Of a stretch of DNA of 64,000 bases, positions 1 through 14,138 are shown in pieces. Source of the stretch: Vicugna vicugna (lineage: Eukaryota); contig MU057880.1 in NCBI GenBank assembly GCA_013265495.1, positions 1,642,527 through 1,706,526 on the forward strand, written 5' to 3'. The number at the start of each line of letters is the position of its first letter. Positions within the stretch are counted from its first letter, which is position 1. A model generated the notes under the pieces. That model made no database searches. It had not been told where the DNA came from and saw only the letters and a program-made list of their open reading frames with translations. A program made the translations under genes and the position numbers.

Positions 1-159
1 TACACTTTGGCCACAAAAGCATACGGAGCATCTTCCATGTGTCTGGCACTGTTGCATGCACAGGGGATACAGCAGTGAACTAGACAGGCTAGGACCCTGC
101 TCTCATAACTTTTACAGCATAGTATGAATCATACATAAATAATTGTAGAAGTCATCAGA

Positions 160-205
160 NNNNNNNNNNNNNNNNNNNNNNNNNNNNNNNNNNNNNNNNN
201 NNNNN
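160..205. other. Assembly gap
   Basis: Run of N. Confidence 0.99.
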
Positions 206-2426
206 AGAGAAAAAGATCTTCAAAGTTATGGAGAAGCTGGTTCAAAAACCCTCACGTAGGAGCAACAGTATATATCAGTGTTACTGATAGATGAGTTCTG
301 GTTTGGGAGGCAAGATTTAATAGACTAGGATAAAGGTTCTGGGGTTTTCTTTATATGTGTGAGAGGAAGACGTGAGAGAGTTTTTATTAGGGGGCTAACC
401 TCATATTATTATTTGTATACTAAAAGAATGATCATTCAGACTACCTTGGGAGGAATAAATTTTAGGGGTCTGCAGTAAACAGGGACATAAATTAGGTGCT
501 ATTGCAATATTCCAGAGTAAGTGTGATTGTGACAGGTCTATAGTGATGTAGGAAATGGAGAGAATTTGCTCTTTATCCCAAAACAAAAAGCTAGAGGATG
601 GAGAAAAGTTTCCCCCTGATGCTCTCTAAAAGGATGGGCACTTTGTTTCTGTTTAATAAAATTAATAAATTATTGCTAGTCAGTTGATACACAGTGGCAG
701 AAAATAATATGAAAAGTCCAGAAGTGGGTTTTATAGTAAATGAAAAATCCAGGACAAACTATGAACAAGATAGTGAGATAAATTTCCATTCAGGTGTTAG
801 AAATTTTGAAGGATTTCTAAAATATGGGAAAAGTGGGATAAGATTGAAGAAGAACCCAGAGCAGAAAAATTCAGTCAAGGATGCTTGAAACATAAATCCA
901 ATGCTGAAGTAAGAAATTTTCCACTACAGAATCTCAGGGGAATGTCAAGTACAAAGAAAAAAATTTCAGGATAAGGGCAGAGTCATTGGGGGGCAGTTCA
1001 CAGAGCAACTAATTGGAAGACTATATTCTGAATAGCTGAGTTCAAAGTAGCATTTTTTTTTAAATGGTATAAGAGGTATACCAGGGACAGTCTTCAAGGC
1101 TACAGGCCTAAGGATAACTTTATAACTAAAATGATTGCTCAGGTGGAACTCCAGCCACACAGGTGGTACACGCAGAGGATGCCACCAGAGCCTGGGGTGG
1201 TAAGAAATCTTTACAAAAGGAAAATAAGTAAATATCAGGAGTAGTTGGTTCTGTCCGTTGGCCCCAAACCAAATCTTCTGTGAGTCCAAATTTGAAGTAG
1301 GAGTTCCGCCCAGGAGACAGCCAAGGTAGGTGATGTGTCTTGGGAAATAAAGGTAAGCTTAAGATTGTATATTCACCAGGTCAGTGGTGTACACACCCAA
1401 ACAGCAAGTTCTCTGCACACCCTCCCCAGCAGAATGCTGGTCTATAATGACATCCCCCTGCAAGCACCCTCACATATTCACCCAAGATGGGTAGGGTTTA
1501 AAAAACAGGATCTTTTATGTACAAGAGAACAGGCATTCTCACTTGAATTTAACTCTTTCATCTTTTCTCAATTTTTGGTAAGCTGAGAATTACCAAAGAT
1601 TTGAAAAAAAAATCATCATGGAAAAGGAGGTACTTCCATTACAAAAGTTATGTTGGTAATATTTTTGTTATTTGTTTGCAAAAACTCTTGCTATATCAAA
1701 GGTATTAGGCAAACATTGGCCTTAAGAATGGTAAATACTTTCCTCATACACTTATATTTTGACCTTGTGATGTATACTATGTCTTTATGCTTATGTACAC
1801 ATAAGTTTCCCTTTTTCATTTGTGGTTTATGGATACAGCATCATCTTCAGAAAGACTTTTCATAAATAATACAAAATTATTGTATTTCCATATTGTGTGA
1901 CCTCTTTCATTTTAATCCATAGAGAATTAATTTTCTTTTGTTTTTTTGTGATATAGGGATCATCTTGCTATCTTGAAAAGATTAGCATATTAGTGCAATG
2001 AAATTTTTCCCTTAATTTCTTTCTTGGTCACCAATTTGAAGTATTACATTTAACATAAATTAAACTCTGTTTCCTGAATCTACATTTTGTTCTATTCATT
2101 TATCCTTCAAACACTCTTTTAGAAGCATTTTGATATCTGAATAATTATTTATATTACAATTTCATTAGTCTATATTAATAAGCTCTGTCATTTGTGTTAC
2201 TGTTTTGTTTTTTGTTGTTCTTTGACTTCCTGGATTTACTGTGTAGACAAACATGTTATTTGCATAAAATAATGTTATCTCTCTAATTCCATCTCTTATT
2301 TTGTTAACATGATTCACAAAATGTTTGATAATGTATACTTCAAAGATGTAGCTTTTTCCCTTAATATTAATGTTTCTATAATTTTAACAGTAGATATGAT
2401 ATGTTGTCTGTTTTATATAAATAATT

Positions 2427-2860
2427 CACAGCAACATGGATCTCCCTAGAGAATGTCATTCTAAGTGAAGTGAGCCAGAAAGGGAAAGAAAAATACCATA
2501 TGTGATCGCACGTATGTGGAATCTAAAAAAAAAAAAAAAGAACATAAATACAAAACAGAAACAGACTCATAGACATAGAATACAAACTTGAGGTTGCTAA
2601 GGGGGAGGGGAGTGGGATGGGACAGACTGGGAGTTCATAATTTGTAGATACTGACAGGCATATGTAGAATAGATAAACAAGATTATATGGTATAGCACAG
2701 GAAAATATATACAAGATCTTGTGGTAGTTCACAGCGAAGAAGAATGTAACAATGAATATATGTATGTTCATATATAACTGAAAAATTGTGTTCTACACTG
2801 GAAATTGACACAACATTGTAAACTGACTATAACTCAATAAAAAAAAGTTATAAAAAAAGA
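2427..2860 (+). mobile_element. L1 3' end (young, camelid-type) inserted in an older minus-strand L1
   Basis: cagcaacatgga...ctaagtgaagtgagccagaaag...aaattgacacaacattgtaaactgactataactcaataaaaaaaa. The flank at ~2930-3160 is antisense L1 ORF2. Confidence 0.9.
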
Positions 2861-3396
2861 AAAATTTTTCTATTAGTTCATTGAGAGTTGTGTTTTATTT
2901 ATTTATTTTTTGAGCAGTAAGTTTTTGCTTCATCATTTGTGGATGTTGAATTTTATCATAAGATATTTTAGATTCTATTGAAGCAATCATATATTTTTTT
3001 CTCTTTAACTTTAATTATTTTGATAAATTACATAAATGGATTTCCTAATATGAGATTATTCTTGCATGCTAAACTAAACCCCATTTGGTTATGGTATATT
3101 AGTTTTCAATAACACAGATGGATTCCATTTGCTAATATTTTATTTAGGATTTATGTATCTACAACAAAAGCTGATCTACAGTGCTGTTCCATAGATATAT
3201 TCCTTGGAACATTGGTTTTCCATCATAGCTATTAAGTTTTAAAAAGTTATCTTTTTTCATTTAGTTTAGGAAATTCTAAGATACGAAAGAACAAGTGGTA
3301 TATTACACCTGTTTAATTAGGGCAAGGCAGTAAGGTAAAGAAATCTGAGGATTCTTCATGTCAAACACCTCAAACAGTTGAACAAAATAAAACCGT

Positions 3397-4275
3397 AAGA
3401 CCACAATGAGATATTAGCTCACACCTGTCAGAATGGCTATTGTAGAAAATAACTCAAATAGCAAATATTGGTGAGGATATGGAGAAAAGAGAACCCTTGT
3501 ACACTGTTGGTGGGAATGTAAATTGGTGCAGCCATTGTGGAAGACAGTATGGGGGTTTCTTGAAAAACTGAAAATAGAACCACCATATCACTCAGCAATT
3601 CCAATCCAATGTATATATCTGAAAAAAAAATCACTAACTCAAAAAGATACATGCACTTCAATGTTCATAGCAGCATTATTTACAACTGTCAAGACATGGA
3701 AGCAACCTAAATGTCCATCCATCAACAAATGAGTGGATAAAGAAGATGTGGTGTGTGTGTGTATATACATATACACACAGTGGAATACTGCTCAGCTGTA
3801 AAAAATAATGAAATTTGCCATTTGCAGCAACATGGATGGACTTAGAGGGTATTATGCTAAGTGAAATTAAGTCAGACAGAGAAAGAAAATTACTGTATGA
3901 TATCACTTATATGTAGAATCTAAAACATACAACAGATTAGTGAGTATAACAAAAAAGAAGTAAAGTCACAGATACAGAGGACAAACTAGTCGTTACTAGT
4001 GGGGAGAAGGAAGGGGGAGGGGCAATATAGGATTTACGGGATTAAGAGGTACAAACTATTATGTATAAAATAAGCTTCAAGGATATATTGTACAATACAG
4101 GGAATATAATCCAATGTTTTATAATAATTGTAATGGACTATAACTTATAAAAGTTGTGAGTCACTATTTTGTACCCTTGTAACTTTTTTGTAACTTTTGT
4201 AATGGTGTACATCAACTATACTTCAATTTAAAAAGATAGAAAAATAAATAAACAAACAAATAGATAAATAAATAA
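3397..4275 (+). mobile_element. L1 ORF2 C-terminus + 3'UTR
   Basis: Translates to [26 protein letters not shown]...TCTSMFIAALFT.VKTWKQPKCPS (L1 ORF2p C-terminus), followed by a 3'UTR and A-rich tail. Confidence 0.92.
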
Positions 4276-4864
4276 AATCGCATGAGTAGGCAAACCAGAG
4301 GACTAGAATAGAAAGTCCAGAGAACGTACAGAAGCTTGATTTATGATAAAGTGGGTATCTCAGATCACTAGGACAATGATAGACATTTTTAATACATTGT
4401 GCTGGAACAAGTGGATATTCACTTAGAGAAATGGATGAAGTTAGACTTAAACTTCACGTCATCAAAAATAATTAATCCAGATGGATGAGAGAACTGAGTA
4501 TAAAAATAAAATAAATTATACAATTACCATAAGAAAGCAATGATGACTTCTTTGGAAAGATGATCTAACTGTAACTTAAAATCCAGATTAAATATAAGAA
4601 AAAATGAATATATTTAACTTCGTAAAAATACAAAATCAGTGCAATGTGAACAAACAAACATAAGCCAAAAAAACATTGCAAAGTCAGAAGATAGTGCAGA
4701 ATGAGAGAAAATATTTCAACATATATCATAGCTTAAAGCTACTATTGAGGGAGAAATACAGCCCAATAAAATTGGGGAAAAATAATTCACAAAACAAAAT
4801 ATGAAAATGGCTCTTAAACATATCAAATGTAACCAATGCAAATAACTAAAATAAAATGCACTGA

Positions 4865-5511
4865 TTCTTTCAGATTACACTAATATGTGAGATATTGTAG
4901 TATTTGTTCTTCTGAGTCCAACTATTTCAATTAATATAATGTCCTCCAGGCTCACTAAGATTGTTGCAAATGGCAGGATTTCTTTCCATTTTAAGTCTAA
5001 ATAATGTATCTACCTATCCATCCATCCATGGACATTTAGATTGTTTCCATAGCTTGGCTGTTGTGCTGCAATGAAATCATCAAACTCATAGGAGCAGAGA
5101 ATAGAACGGTGGTTGCCAGGGGCTGGGTTGAGGAGGAAGAGGGTGATGTTGGTCAAAGAAATGCAAGGTTTTAGTTATGTGAGGTGAGTTCTTGAGATCT
5201 CAAGTACAGCATGGTTTACTGTCTACTTGAAATTTGCAAAGAGGATAGATCTTAAGTGTCTCCACTGAAAAGAAAAAAGAAAAAGGATGAAAAGAAGAGG
5301 AGAGAGGAGGAAAGAAAAGGAAAGGAAAAAATAGAAAAGATAGGAGAGGGAAGAGAGAGAAGAAAAGGAAAATGGTAACAATGTGGAGGTGATGGGTATG
5401 TTAATCAGTTAGATGTGGAGATTATTTCACAATGTACACATCAGAACACGGAGCTGTACACCTTAAACATGTCCACTGTTTATATATCAATTATACTTAA
5501 ATAAAGCTGTT
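4865..5511 (+). mobile_element. 5'-inverted L1MA-type insertion
   Basis: 4865-~5075 is antisense and ~5076-5511 is the sense 3' end. TSD aataaaatgcactga (4850-4864) / aataaaactcactga (5512-5526). Confidence 0.8.
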
Positions 5512-6492
5512 AATAAAACTCACTGAAATATAATGCTCATCTATTAGATTGGGAAACATTTTAAAGGTTGACAATATATCCTGCTAATGTGGCTTCAGGG
5601 ATCTCTAATATGTTGTTGATGGGAATGCAAATTGGTGCAACTTTCTGGGGTGATGTAGACTAATTCTGAAATTGCTGTCTGTGTATTTCAGCACTAAGCA
5701 AATAAGCCAGTGCTTTGAGGCTAATGGGAGCCCGTTTTTTTTTTTTTTCCTGTTGGAAACGGTTTACAAATATGGAAAGAAAGTTTACAATGAACCCTTG
5801 GTTGTTCAATTAGTATTGGAGATTTCAACAAGATAAATATTATGTTAAAAGAAAAACAAAGAAGGAAAAAGAAAGATAAAAAAGCAGAAAAGAGACTTAA
5901 GAAAACTGGAAACTAAATATAATTCACGTTCCTGCACTGGGCTCTAGAATATAAAAAAAAAAATTATAAAGCATGTTATTGGAAAAAATTTTGAGCATAA
6001 AATAAGAACTATATTTAGGAAATAATACTGTATCAGTGTTAATATACTGATTTTGATCACTTCATTGTAGTTAAATAAGATAATGCCCTTTTTCTTAGAA
6101 AATACACATTGAAGTGTTAAGGGTCAAAAACAACTTACTCTCAAATGGGCAAAAAGATAGAGGAAGTGATTGAGCAAATTGCCAAAATATTAACAGTTCG
6201 GGAATCTGGTCTATCCTAACAATTTTTCTGTAAGCTAGAAATTATTTCAGATAAGATAGATATAGTTTTTTTTACTTGCATGGATTAAATCTCTAAATAC
6301 ATTGGAAAAAAGATAGAAGATTAAAATATCAGGATAGAATAAGATTTTGTAAATAAATAATAAAAATACAAAGGAAATAGTGATGAACTTATTTATAACA
6401 AAACTTAAATTTCCCACCAAAAAAAACAGAAAAGTAAATGATAAGCCACAAAGATTTAAAAGATGTTAATATAGCTAATGTTTGCTTCATAT

Positions 6493-7011
6493 TGTTACCA
6501 AGTTCAAAGTTACTCTGCTTGCCACAGGACAGGACAATAAATCTGGAGATGAGGTGTTGGGGCAAGGAATAGTGACTTTATTCAGAAAGCCAGCAGACTG
6601 AGAAGATGGAGTGCTAATGTTCCAGAGAACCATCTTCCCCAAGTCAGAATTCAGGATTTTTTAATACTAAAAGGGGAGGGTGTGTGGTCAGTTGTTGCAA
6701 ACTTCCTGATGTTGGAATCCTTTGTTCTTGCAGCTGTCCAGGTAGGGCAGGTCATGCTATCCCTGGAAACCTTCAACAAAGAAAATATTATTTTCTATTC
6801 TGCAACTTTTAATCTCTATATAAATGGAAAAGTGTCAACCCTTAAAGGTCAGAGCCTTGAGGATGGGCTCTCCTGTCTATTTCAGGCTCTCGGTAACATC
6901 CTTTTACAAAAGGTGCAGAACCAGTGGTGACTGAGCCCAGGAAACAGAGCACAGGGTTAGAGACAAAGGAACAGATCTAATATGGAGTCAGATTTGTTCT
7001 TCCCTAGTACA
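6493..7011 (-). mobile_element. Solo LTR, ERV1-like family A, copy 1
   Basis: TG...CA ends, ~520 bp, AATAAA on the minus strand, homologous along its length to the three other copies. Confidence 0.88.
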
Positions 7012-9177
7012 TTGCATCTCTCTTTTAGATTTAAGAAAAAAAAGTAACAATACAGGAATTAGCAAAACATCTTCCCAATCCCTAAATAACTGCTACCCTG
7101 AAGTTGATATAAATGAATTCCCTATGTCTTTGTATGTTAATCGTATATGTACTTATGCACAGAAGTGGACAGAGTATTATTTTTATCATTAATATTTGTA
7201 TTAATGATATAATATTATATGCCATTTATATAATGGCAACACACTGATTCTATCATTTTGCTGTAACTATAAATGACCGAGGATTAGTATCCAGAATATA
7301 AAAACTCCCTTAACTGAAAAATAGATAGATAAGCCACCCAATTTAAAAACAAAGGATGTAAGCAAGCAATCCACCAGATAAACAAAAAGAGTAAAAATGG
7401 ATGCTCAATCTCACTAGTAAGCAAATTAATTAAAACTGCAATAAGACAGCACCTCTCAAACCTCAGATGGGCAGAAATAAATGTCTGGGTTCACCAAGCA
7501 CTGGAATAGATGTGAGGAAGGAGAAATGTTTGCATGTAGCTGGTGAGAGTGCAAAGTGGAACACATATTTTGGAGAGCATTTAAAAGATACATAACAGAT
7601 TCAATATGTGCATATCTTAGTGGTATTATTTTAAAATTTCTACCTTTGAAACACTCATTTCTGTGTGTAAGACACAAGTCTTTTTATTTTATCACAGATT
7701 ATAACATTGGAAAAATAGAATAAATGTAACTATCACTTAGTAAACAAATGGATAAACTGTATTTTTTCATACTTGGACTACTCTACTGCAGTTAAAACAA
7801 AAGAATATTTACCTGTATCAACATGAATGAATCTTAAAAACACAATATTGAATTCTAAGAACAATTTGCCCAAGGATAAAAACTCTAATTTGTCATTAAT
7901 ATAAAATGTAATGGTGAAAAACAATAGTATGTACATTTCTGGGCATACCTATATATGCAATAAGTATATAAAAACATAAGATTTATTTAGACACCAATTC
8001 CAGGATAGTGTTTATACACAAGTTGATAGATTATGCTGGTATTGTATTGTTACGATGTTATGCTCTCAAAATTGACAAAAAAGAAAATGGTGTAAAGCAA
8101 ACATTAAAAAATATGAACATCTTTTAAATTTCTCTAGCAAGTACAAAGGGTCGGGCATGTACATTTTTGTACTTTTCTGTGTGCTTGACATACTCCATTA
8201 TTAAAACATACAAATTATGCATTTTAGTGTTTTCCTCAAATCTTTAGGAAATATAAAGATATATTATTTTAGATATATATTATTAAGGCCACATTATTAT
8301 GAAATTCTTTGAAAATTGGTTCTTATTTAACTGCTATCTAAAACTGACCTACATGTAATACCATAAATCTAAAATACAAGTCTAAAATACAATACAATTT
8401 CTTTGTCTCCCAGGAAACTTTTTTTTTTTAATCACATCTTGACGGGAGATTTTGAAAGTGTCCTCTCTTCAGGCTGAGATGTTAAAGTTCACATTGGTGT
8501 GGGAATCCCCAATGTGACAGAACTTTCTGAGCCCAAATCTGTGATGAGAGGTGTGAGAACAGAAGTTATGGCTTGATTGTTGGAAGTGTCAATGTGAGAA
8601 AATGAAAAAGGTGATTACAGGAAGAGTTTGCAACTCTGAAGTGTCAAATACAATGTCATTTCAGAGAAAAATAGACTCCATAAAACTCATTTTTTCCACT
8701 ACACTCAGAAAACTTTCCAAACACTGCTTTCTCTTACAAACCGTAGATCAAAATAAATTATTTCCGTTTTAACCTTTACTGGAAATGCAATGCAGTTCTC
8801 TTTGAAGGTGAGATTTAAAAGATTTTTTAAAAAACTGTGTCAGTTTCTCCTTTACTTTGGCAATTCAGATTTGTCTTTGAGGCTGGGGGCTACCTTTACC
8901 AGGAGGTGGGGAGTGCTTATGGTACAAACTATTTCAGTGAACCCCTTAAATGTAACTATAGTTCAGTTTTAGAAAATCTTAAGTGAAAAAATGCTAACAA
9001 TGAGAAAAAGACACAAGAACTATGAAATCATCTTTTTTAGAATCTATCATAAACCTGAGGTTATGGCACAAGAATTCTGAATTCTGAATTCCAAGAAAGG
9101 ACAGGCACCTCTGGGAGAGGAGGTCTGTGCAGACCAGCTCACTTGTGGCAAAGAACAGGAGCAAGAGACACCAGTCA

Positions 9178-9679
9178 CCATCAAATGATTAAGAAGCTGT
9201 GGTATATTTGTACAGTGGAATATTACTCATCCATAAAAAAGAATGCAATAATGCCATTTTCAGCAACATGGATGGACCTAGAGATAATCATACTAAGTGA
9301 AGTAACTCAAATAGAGAGACAAATATCATATACCTCTTATATGTGGAATCTAAAAAAAATGGCACAAATGAACTTATTTACAAAGCAGAGACAGATTCAT
9401 AGACAGAAGACAAACTTATGGTTACCATGGGAAAAAGGATGGAAAGGGATAAATTGGGAGTTTGGGATTAGCAGATACACATTACTGTATGTAAAATAGA
9501 TAAACAAGTTTCTACCATATAACACAGGGAACTATATTCAATATCTTGTAGCAATCTATAATGAAAAAGAATGTGAAAAGGAATATATGTATGTATATGG
9601 ATGACTGAAACACTACCATATACACCAGAAATTGATGCAACATTATAAACTGACTATGCTTCAATAGAAGAAAAAAAAG
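9178..9679 (+). mobile_element. L1 3' end
   Basis: IKKLWYICTVEYYSSIKKNAIMPFSATWMDLEIIILSEV (ORF2p end) + 3'UTR + A tail. Confidence 0.9.
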
Positions 9680-12600
9680 CGTAAAGGAGCTGAAATTGAA
9701 TGTCTTGCTAAAAATCATGATGGTGGAGAACCAGTCAGACCCAGGGTAGCTACTTTTTTTTCAAGCAAATTAGATTTCAGAAGATTAGAAGGACATAATG
9801 GCAGGTTTAAATTCAGCAAGAGGCCATAACAATCCTAAATGTGTATATCCCTGAACAACAGAGCTTCAAAATACACAAAGCAAAAACCGACAGAGCTGGG
9901 ATGAAAATAAAGTTCAATGAAAGACGCTCATTATCATTAATGATTAGAGAAATGCAAACTAAAACCACAGTGAGAAACCCAACCAAACCAAACAAAACAA
10001 TCCCATAGGCTAATAAGTATGTTCATAGAAGCTTTACCCCTAAGTGCCCCAAACAGGAAACTACTCAAAGATCCACCATTTGTAGACAAAGTGGTTATAG
10101 AATATCCATTGAATGGAATGCTAGTGAGCAGTAAAAAAGACTGTAAAAGGATATATTCAAGAACATGGATGACTCCGTTATGCTAAGTGAAACATTCCAG
10201 ACGCAGAAGCTATTCACTGTATGACCTTCATTTATTCATATTCTGGGAAAGGCAAGCTTTTTGGAAAGTTTGACCATTGTTCCCAAGGGCTGGAGGTGGG
10301 AAGGTTGGATTTATCATAAAAGGGCCCAGGGGAACTTTGTAGAGGGTGAGTGAACTGTTCTCTTGATTATGGTGGTGGTTATAGGTTGCATGACTGCTAT
10401 GAGTGGCTCAGGAATTGTGGGTGGCAGCCCCAGGTGTCCTCAGAGGCTGATGAAGAGCAGTCCAGTGTTCTCCCATCCTCTCTCTCTCTGCCAGATGATG
10501 TGATGGCCAAGCCACAGCATGGACGACATCAGGGTTACTGGCACCACGTGGAGAAGGAGCCGGGAGCCCAACTTGATGGGAATTGTCCATGTCGGGTGAG
10601 TGAGAAAGAAGCCTTCAGAGCGTTAAACCTCAGAGACAGTGAGTCTGTTACCGTCTGACTCCTGTTCATGTGTCTGGTTTAGTCTAGCGTCTGGGGTCTG
10701 TCCATCACACTTAGCGGCCAACCTGCCCATTCGTCATGGCCACTTCCTCCTGCTAGAAACCCCCTGCAGAGACATCACGCGCTCCACTCACTGTGACCCC
10801 GTGGCACTAAATAAAACTGTGAAGTCAATGTTACTGGTTTTCATTGTTGAAATGTCCCCATCCACTACATCCACTCACTTCCCATTCTATTCAGTCGAGC
10901 CCTTGTGTTTAATGTGATGACTTGTGTTGTATTTTTACAGTAATCATCCAAGAAACATTTTAACAAAGAATTGAAGCTCTGCCTATTGAAATTCTAATAT
11001 GAATGCCTAAGGAGGCCATGTGGAGATTTCACGTTCCCTCCGGTCCTCCACCTTGTCTCCGTGAGTGTTCCTCACCACCAGCTCTCTCTGGTATTGATCT
11101 AGAAGGGAAAATGTGACATACAAGTCAATGAAGGGAAAAGGGCAGGCTGGGAGTTCTGAAGTGCCACGGAATAGGATTTTTAGACCTCTAAAAATGAGAA
11201 GAATGGCTGTATTTTTAATCACTCATTTTAAATCCCATAATATATATAAAATTAAATTGCTGAGTTGGATGAGATATAGAACTTTTTCATATATATGCAC
11301 ATATTAAAAGCCATTGACTGAGGCTTCAAATTCTGTTGCTTCTATGCATTTTTTCAGAGATAAGTGCATGCTAAAAGATACACTGAACAATTTAATAAGA
11401 AAATTTCCACTCAATGCTTATCTTCATTTGATGATTTTACTCAGTAAAGACAAAATTTTATGAGCTACTTTATAGTTTATTGGCAAAAAGGAAATATGAA
11501 AATATAATTCTCTATTTCTATTGCATGGTAGTCAGATCATCTAAATCTCAGGTGTTCAGGGGATTTCTCCCCAACTGTCTGGCATGGGATGCATGTATTT
11601 ATGTTTCAGGAGGCTAATAAAATCTTTAATTATATGGCGTGTCTGTGATTTAGTTTTTAATCACATTGCAATAGTCAAATATCACTAAATAATAAAGCTG
11701 CAAAAGAAATTATTTTCCTCCGCTGATAATTCATACGTAGAACATTTCTTGTCCTCAGAATGCTCCCGTTGAGTCAGGCTTCATTGGGAGAAATAAAGTG
11801 GGATAATGAAGAATCCATAGAAAAGTGTAGAATTTTAGAGTCCATGAAATAATAACAAGAAGAATCTAATTGCTCTCTGAAACCTGCCTATTTTGTATTT
11901 TAAATATCTGCCAACCTGAACTTTGTATCCAGCTCCTACACCGCCACTGTTGTTCAGTTACCTAACTGTTCATCTCACCTAATAGTTAGACTGATGCTTC
12001 TTCTGCCTCTTGTGTCTCCACAAATCAACTAGAGCAAACATTTTAAGATGTAAATCTGATCGTTGCGTCCGTCCTGCACCGTTCTAGCTGTGGTCTGTTG
12101 CTCCTCCCCCTTTCCCATACCTATCCTGAGCCTGGAAAAGCCCAATGCCCTTGCCAGCAAGGTCCCAGACATTGTTTAGGTTCTATCAGTATGGTGCGAT
12201 CTTCCGGGGTGAGTGAGATAGAGCAACAGTAGGCATTCTTCCAGTGACAGAGGTGATACATAAGTGGGGCTCGGCACGCGTGAGTTTCTGTGGCGATTTA
12301 TGTTCCTGTCTCAGAGACCTCGGCGCTGGCTTCCTAACCTTGACTGACCTCTGTGTTCTGATGAGACTTTTGACATTGCAGCACAGCTAGAGAAGGGCAA
12401 CTGCAAACCAGAGGTTTGGGGATTTTACTGTTTCAGATTTTCCAACAGATTTATTAGTGTCCATTCCCCTCTATGGAATCCCCTCTGCTTGAAATACACA
12501 GACTGGTTTCTATTTTCCTGACTTGAGTCTGACTAATATGCCTACTTTTTAAATTTTTCAGCAGCTTTCTACTGCAATACAAATGAAGAGGATTCTGTCC

Positions 12601-13709
12601 AGTCTTCTAAACAGTTCTGGTCCAGCCTCATCTTGTACCAGCCATCCATGTTCTGGGATTTTATAGCTGCTTAAGTCTTCAGAAAAGCCATGAACTCAGT
12701 TCTAGTTTTCTGACATCTGGTAATGATCAGCTTGCCTGACTGCCAAGTGCTAAAATAAATCACTACTTTTTAACACCCTGATTTCCAGCTTACCCTTTAC
12801 CATGATTTTTTTAATAGCCCCTTGCTCAGAACATTTTAATGGTTTCCTAATCTCTGTCAAAGAACTACAAACTCGGTCTTCAAAGCCAAAGAGCTGATCT
12901 CTCTCCTTTCTTATATATCTGATGTGTATTTGTTTAGGATGCTTGATGCTTTCACAAAACAATACTCTTACAAACTGTTTTGCATCTGAGATATCTCTTC
13001 CCCCTAAGCCTCCTCTAAACTTTACCAGGCAGAAACTCACCCATTTCCCAAGAGACTTCTCAAAGGTGATTTAGAAATTTCTGCTGCTCCCAACCAGATA
13101 TATATTCTTCTGAACTTAATTACATATAAAATTTGGCTTATGAGTATTGTGATCTTTGTATTGAGGTTTCTAGGTTCATTCTTCTGGCCAAGAACACCAT
13201 ACAAGAGAAACTATTTTCCTTTGTTCTGAGAAAATATTCTGATGCTCTAATAGAGATGTAAAATCTAAAAAATGTTAGATGTAAAATAACTTCACTAATC
13301 AAATATTTTTAAGACTGTCAAAGGTAAAAATTGGTGGAGAAAATATATGCTAGTCCTTGCCAGGGTACCAGGACCCCCTCTACAATATATTAGGACTCAT
13401 GTATCTCATTCATAAATATCTTAATTGGTTATCAAGAAAGATCACATTTAAGATGCAGCAGAGAACTAGTCTTAAGTAAAGCTCATTCTTATCTCAATGC
13501 ACTGCCTCACATAATGTTTTGTGTAAAACATTAGTACTTATAATTCAAATTATAAAATCTTTTGAATTCTATGACATCTTTTTGTTCTGAAAACAGCTCT
13601 ATAAATTGTACATTATAATATATATGAGGATAGTATCATATTGTATGAAGTTTTATTATATCTAATATACATAATATATAGGTAAAATATCTGAGGTCTG
13701 GAATATTTA

Positions 13710-14138
13710 TTTTATTTTATTTTAATTGAAGTGTAGTTGATGTGCAACGTTGTGTTAGTTTCAGTTGTACAGTAACGTGAATCATTTATACGTATATATT
13801 CTTTCTCATATTATTTTTCATTATAGATTACTACAAGGTATTGAATATGGTTCACTGCACGACAGTAAGGCCTTGTAGTTTACCTATTTTATATACAGTG
13901 GTGTGTATCTGCTAGTCCCAAACTCCTAATTTATCCCTCCCCTCCTTTCCCCTTTGGTAACCATAAGTTTGTTTTCTGTGTCTGTGAGTCTTTTCCTGTT
14001 TTGTAGATAAGTTCATTTGTATCATTTTTTTTCCTGTTCCACACATACCTGGTATCATCTGATACTTTTCTTTCTCTGTGTGACCGACTTCACTTAGTGT
14101 GATCACCTCTAGGTTCATCCGTGTTGCTGCGAATGGGA
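13710..14138 (-). mobile_element. L1 3' end with perfect 13-bp TSD
   Basis: Antisense L1 3'UTR. TSD tctggaatattta at 13697-13709 and 14139-14151. Confidence 0.92.

Noticed and set aside
9143..9499. 118-aa ORF and similar ORFs at 3523, 13912, 22337 and 40931
   Set aside because: These are fragments of the L1 ORF2p C-terminus and 3'UTR.
10495..10595. Plus-strand exon-like block with a good acceptor and GG|GTGAGT donor (inside ORF 10350-10658)
   Set aside because: The surrounding sequence (gaaggagccggg...gtgagtgagaaagaagcc...gttacc) resembles a decayed MLT1 LTR, and the peptide is not recognisable.
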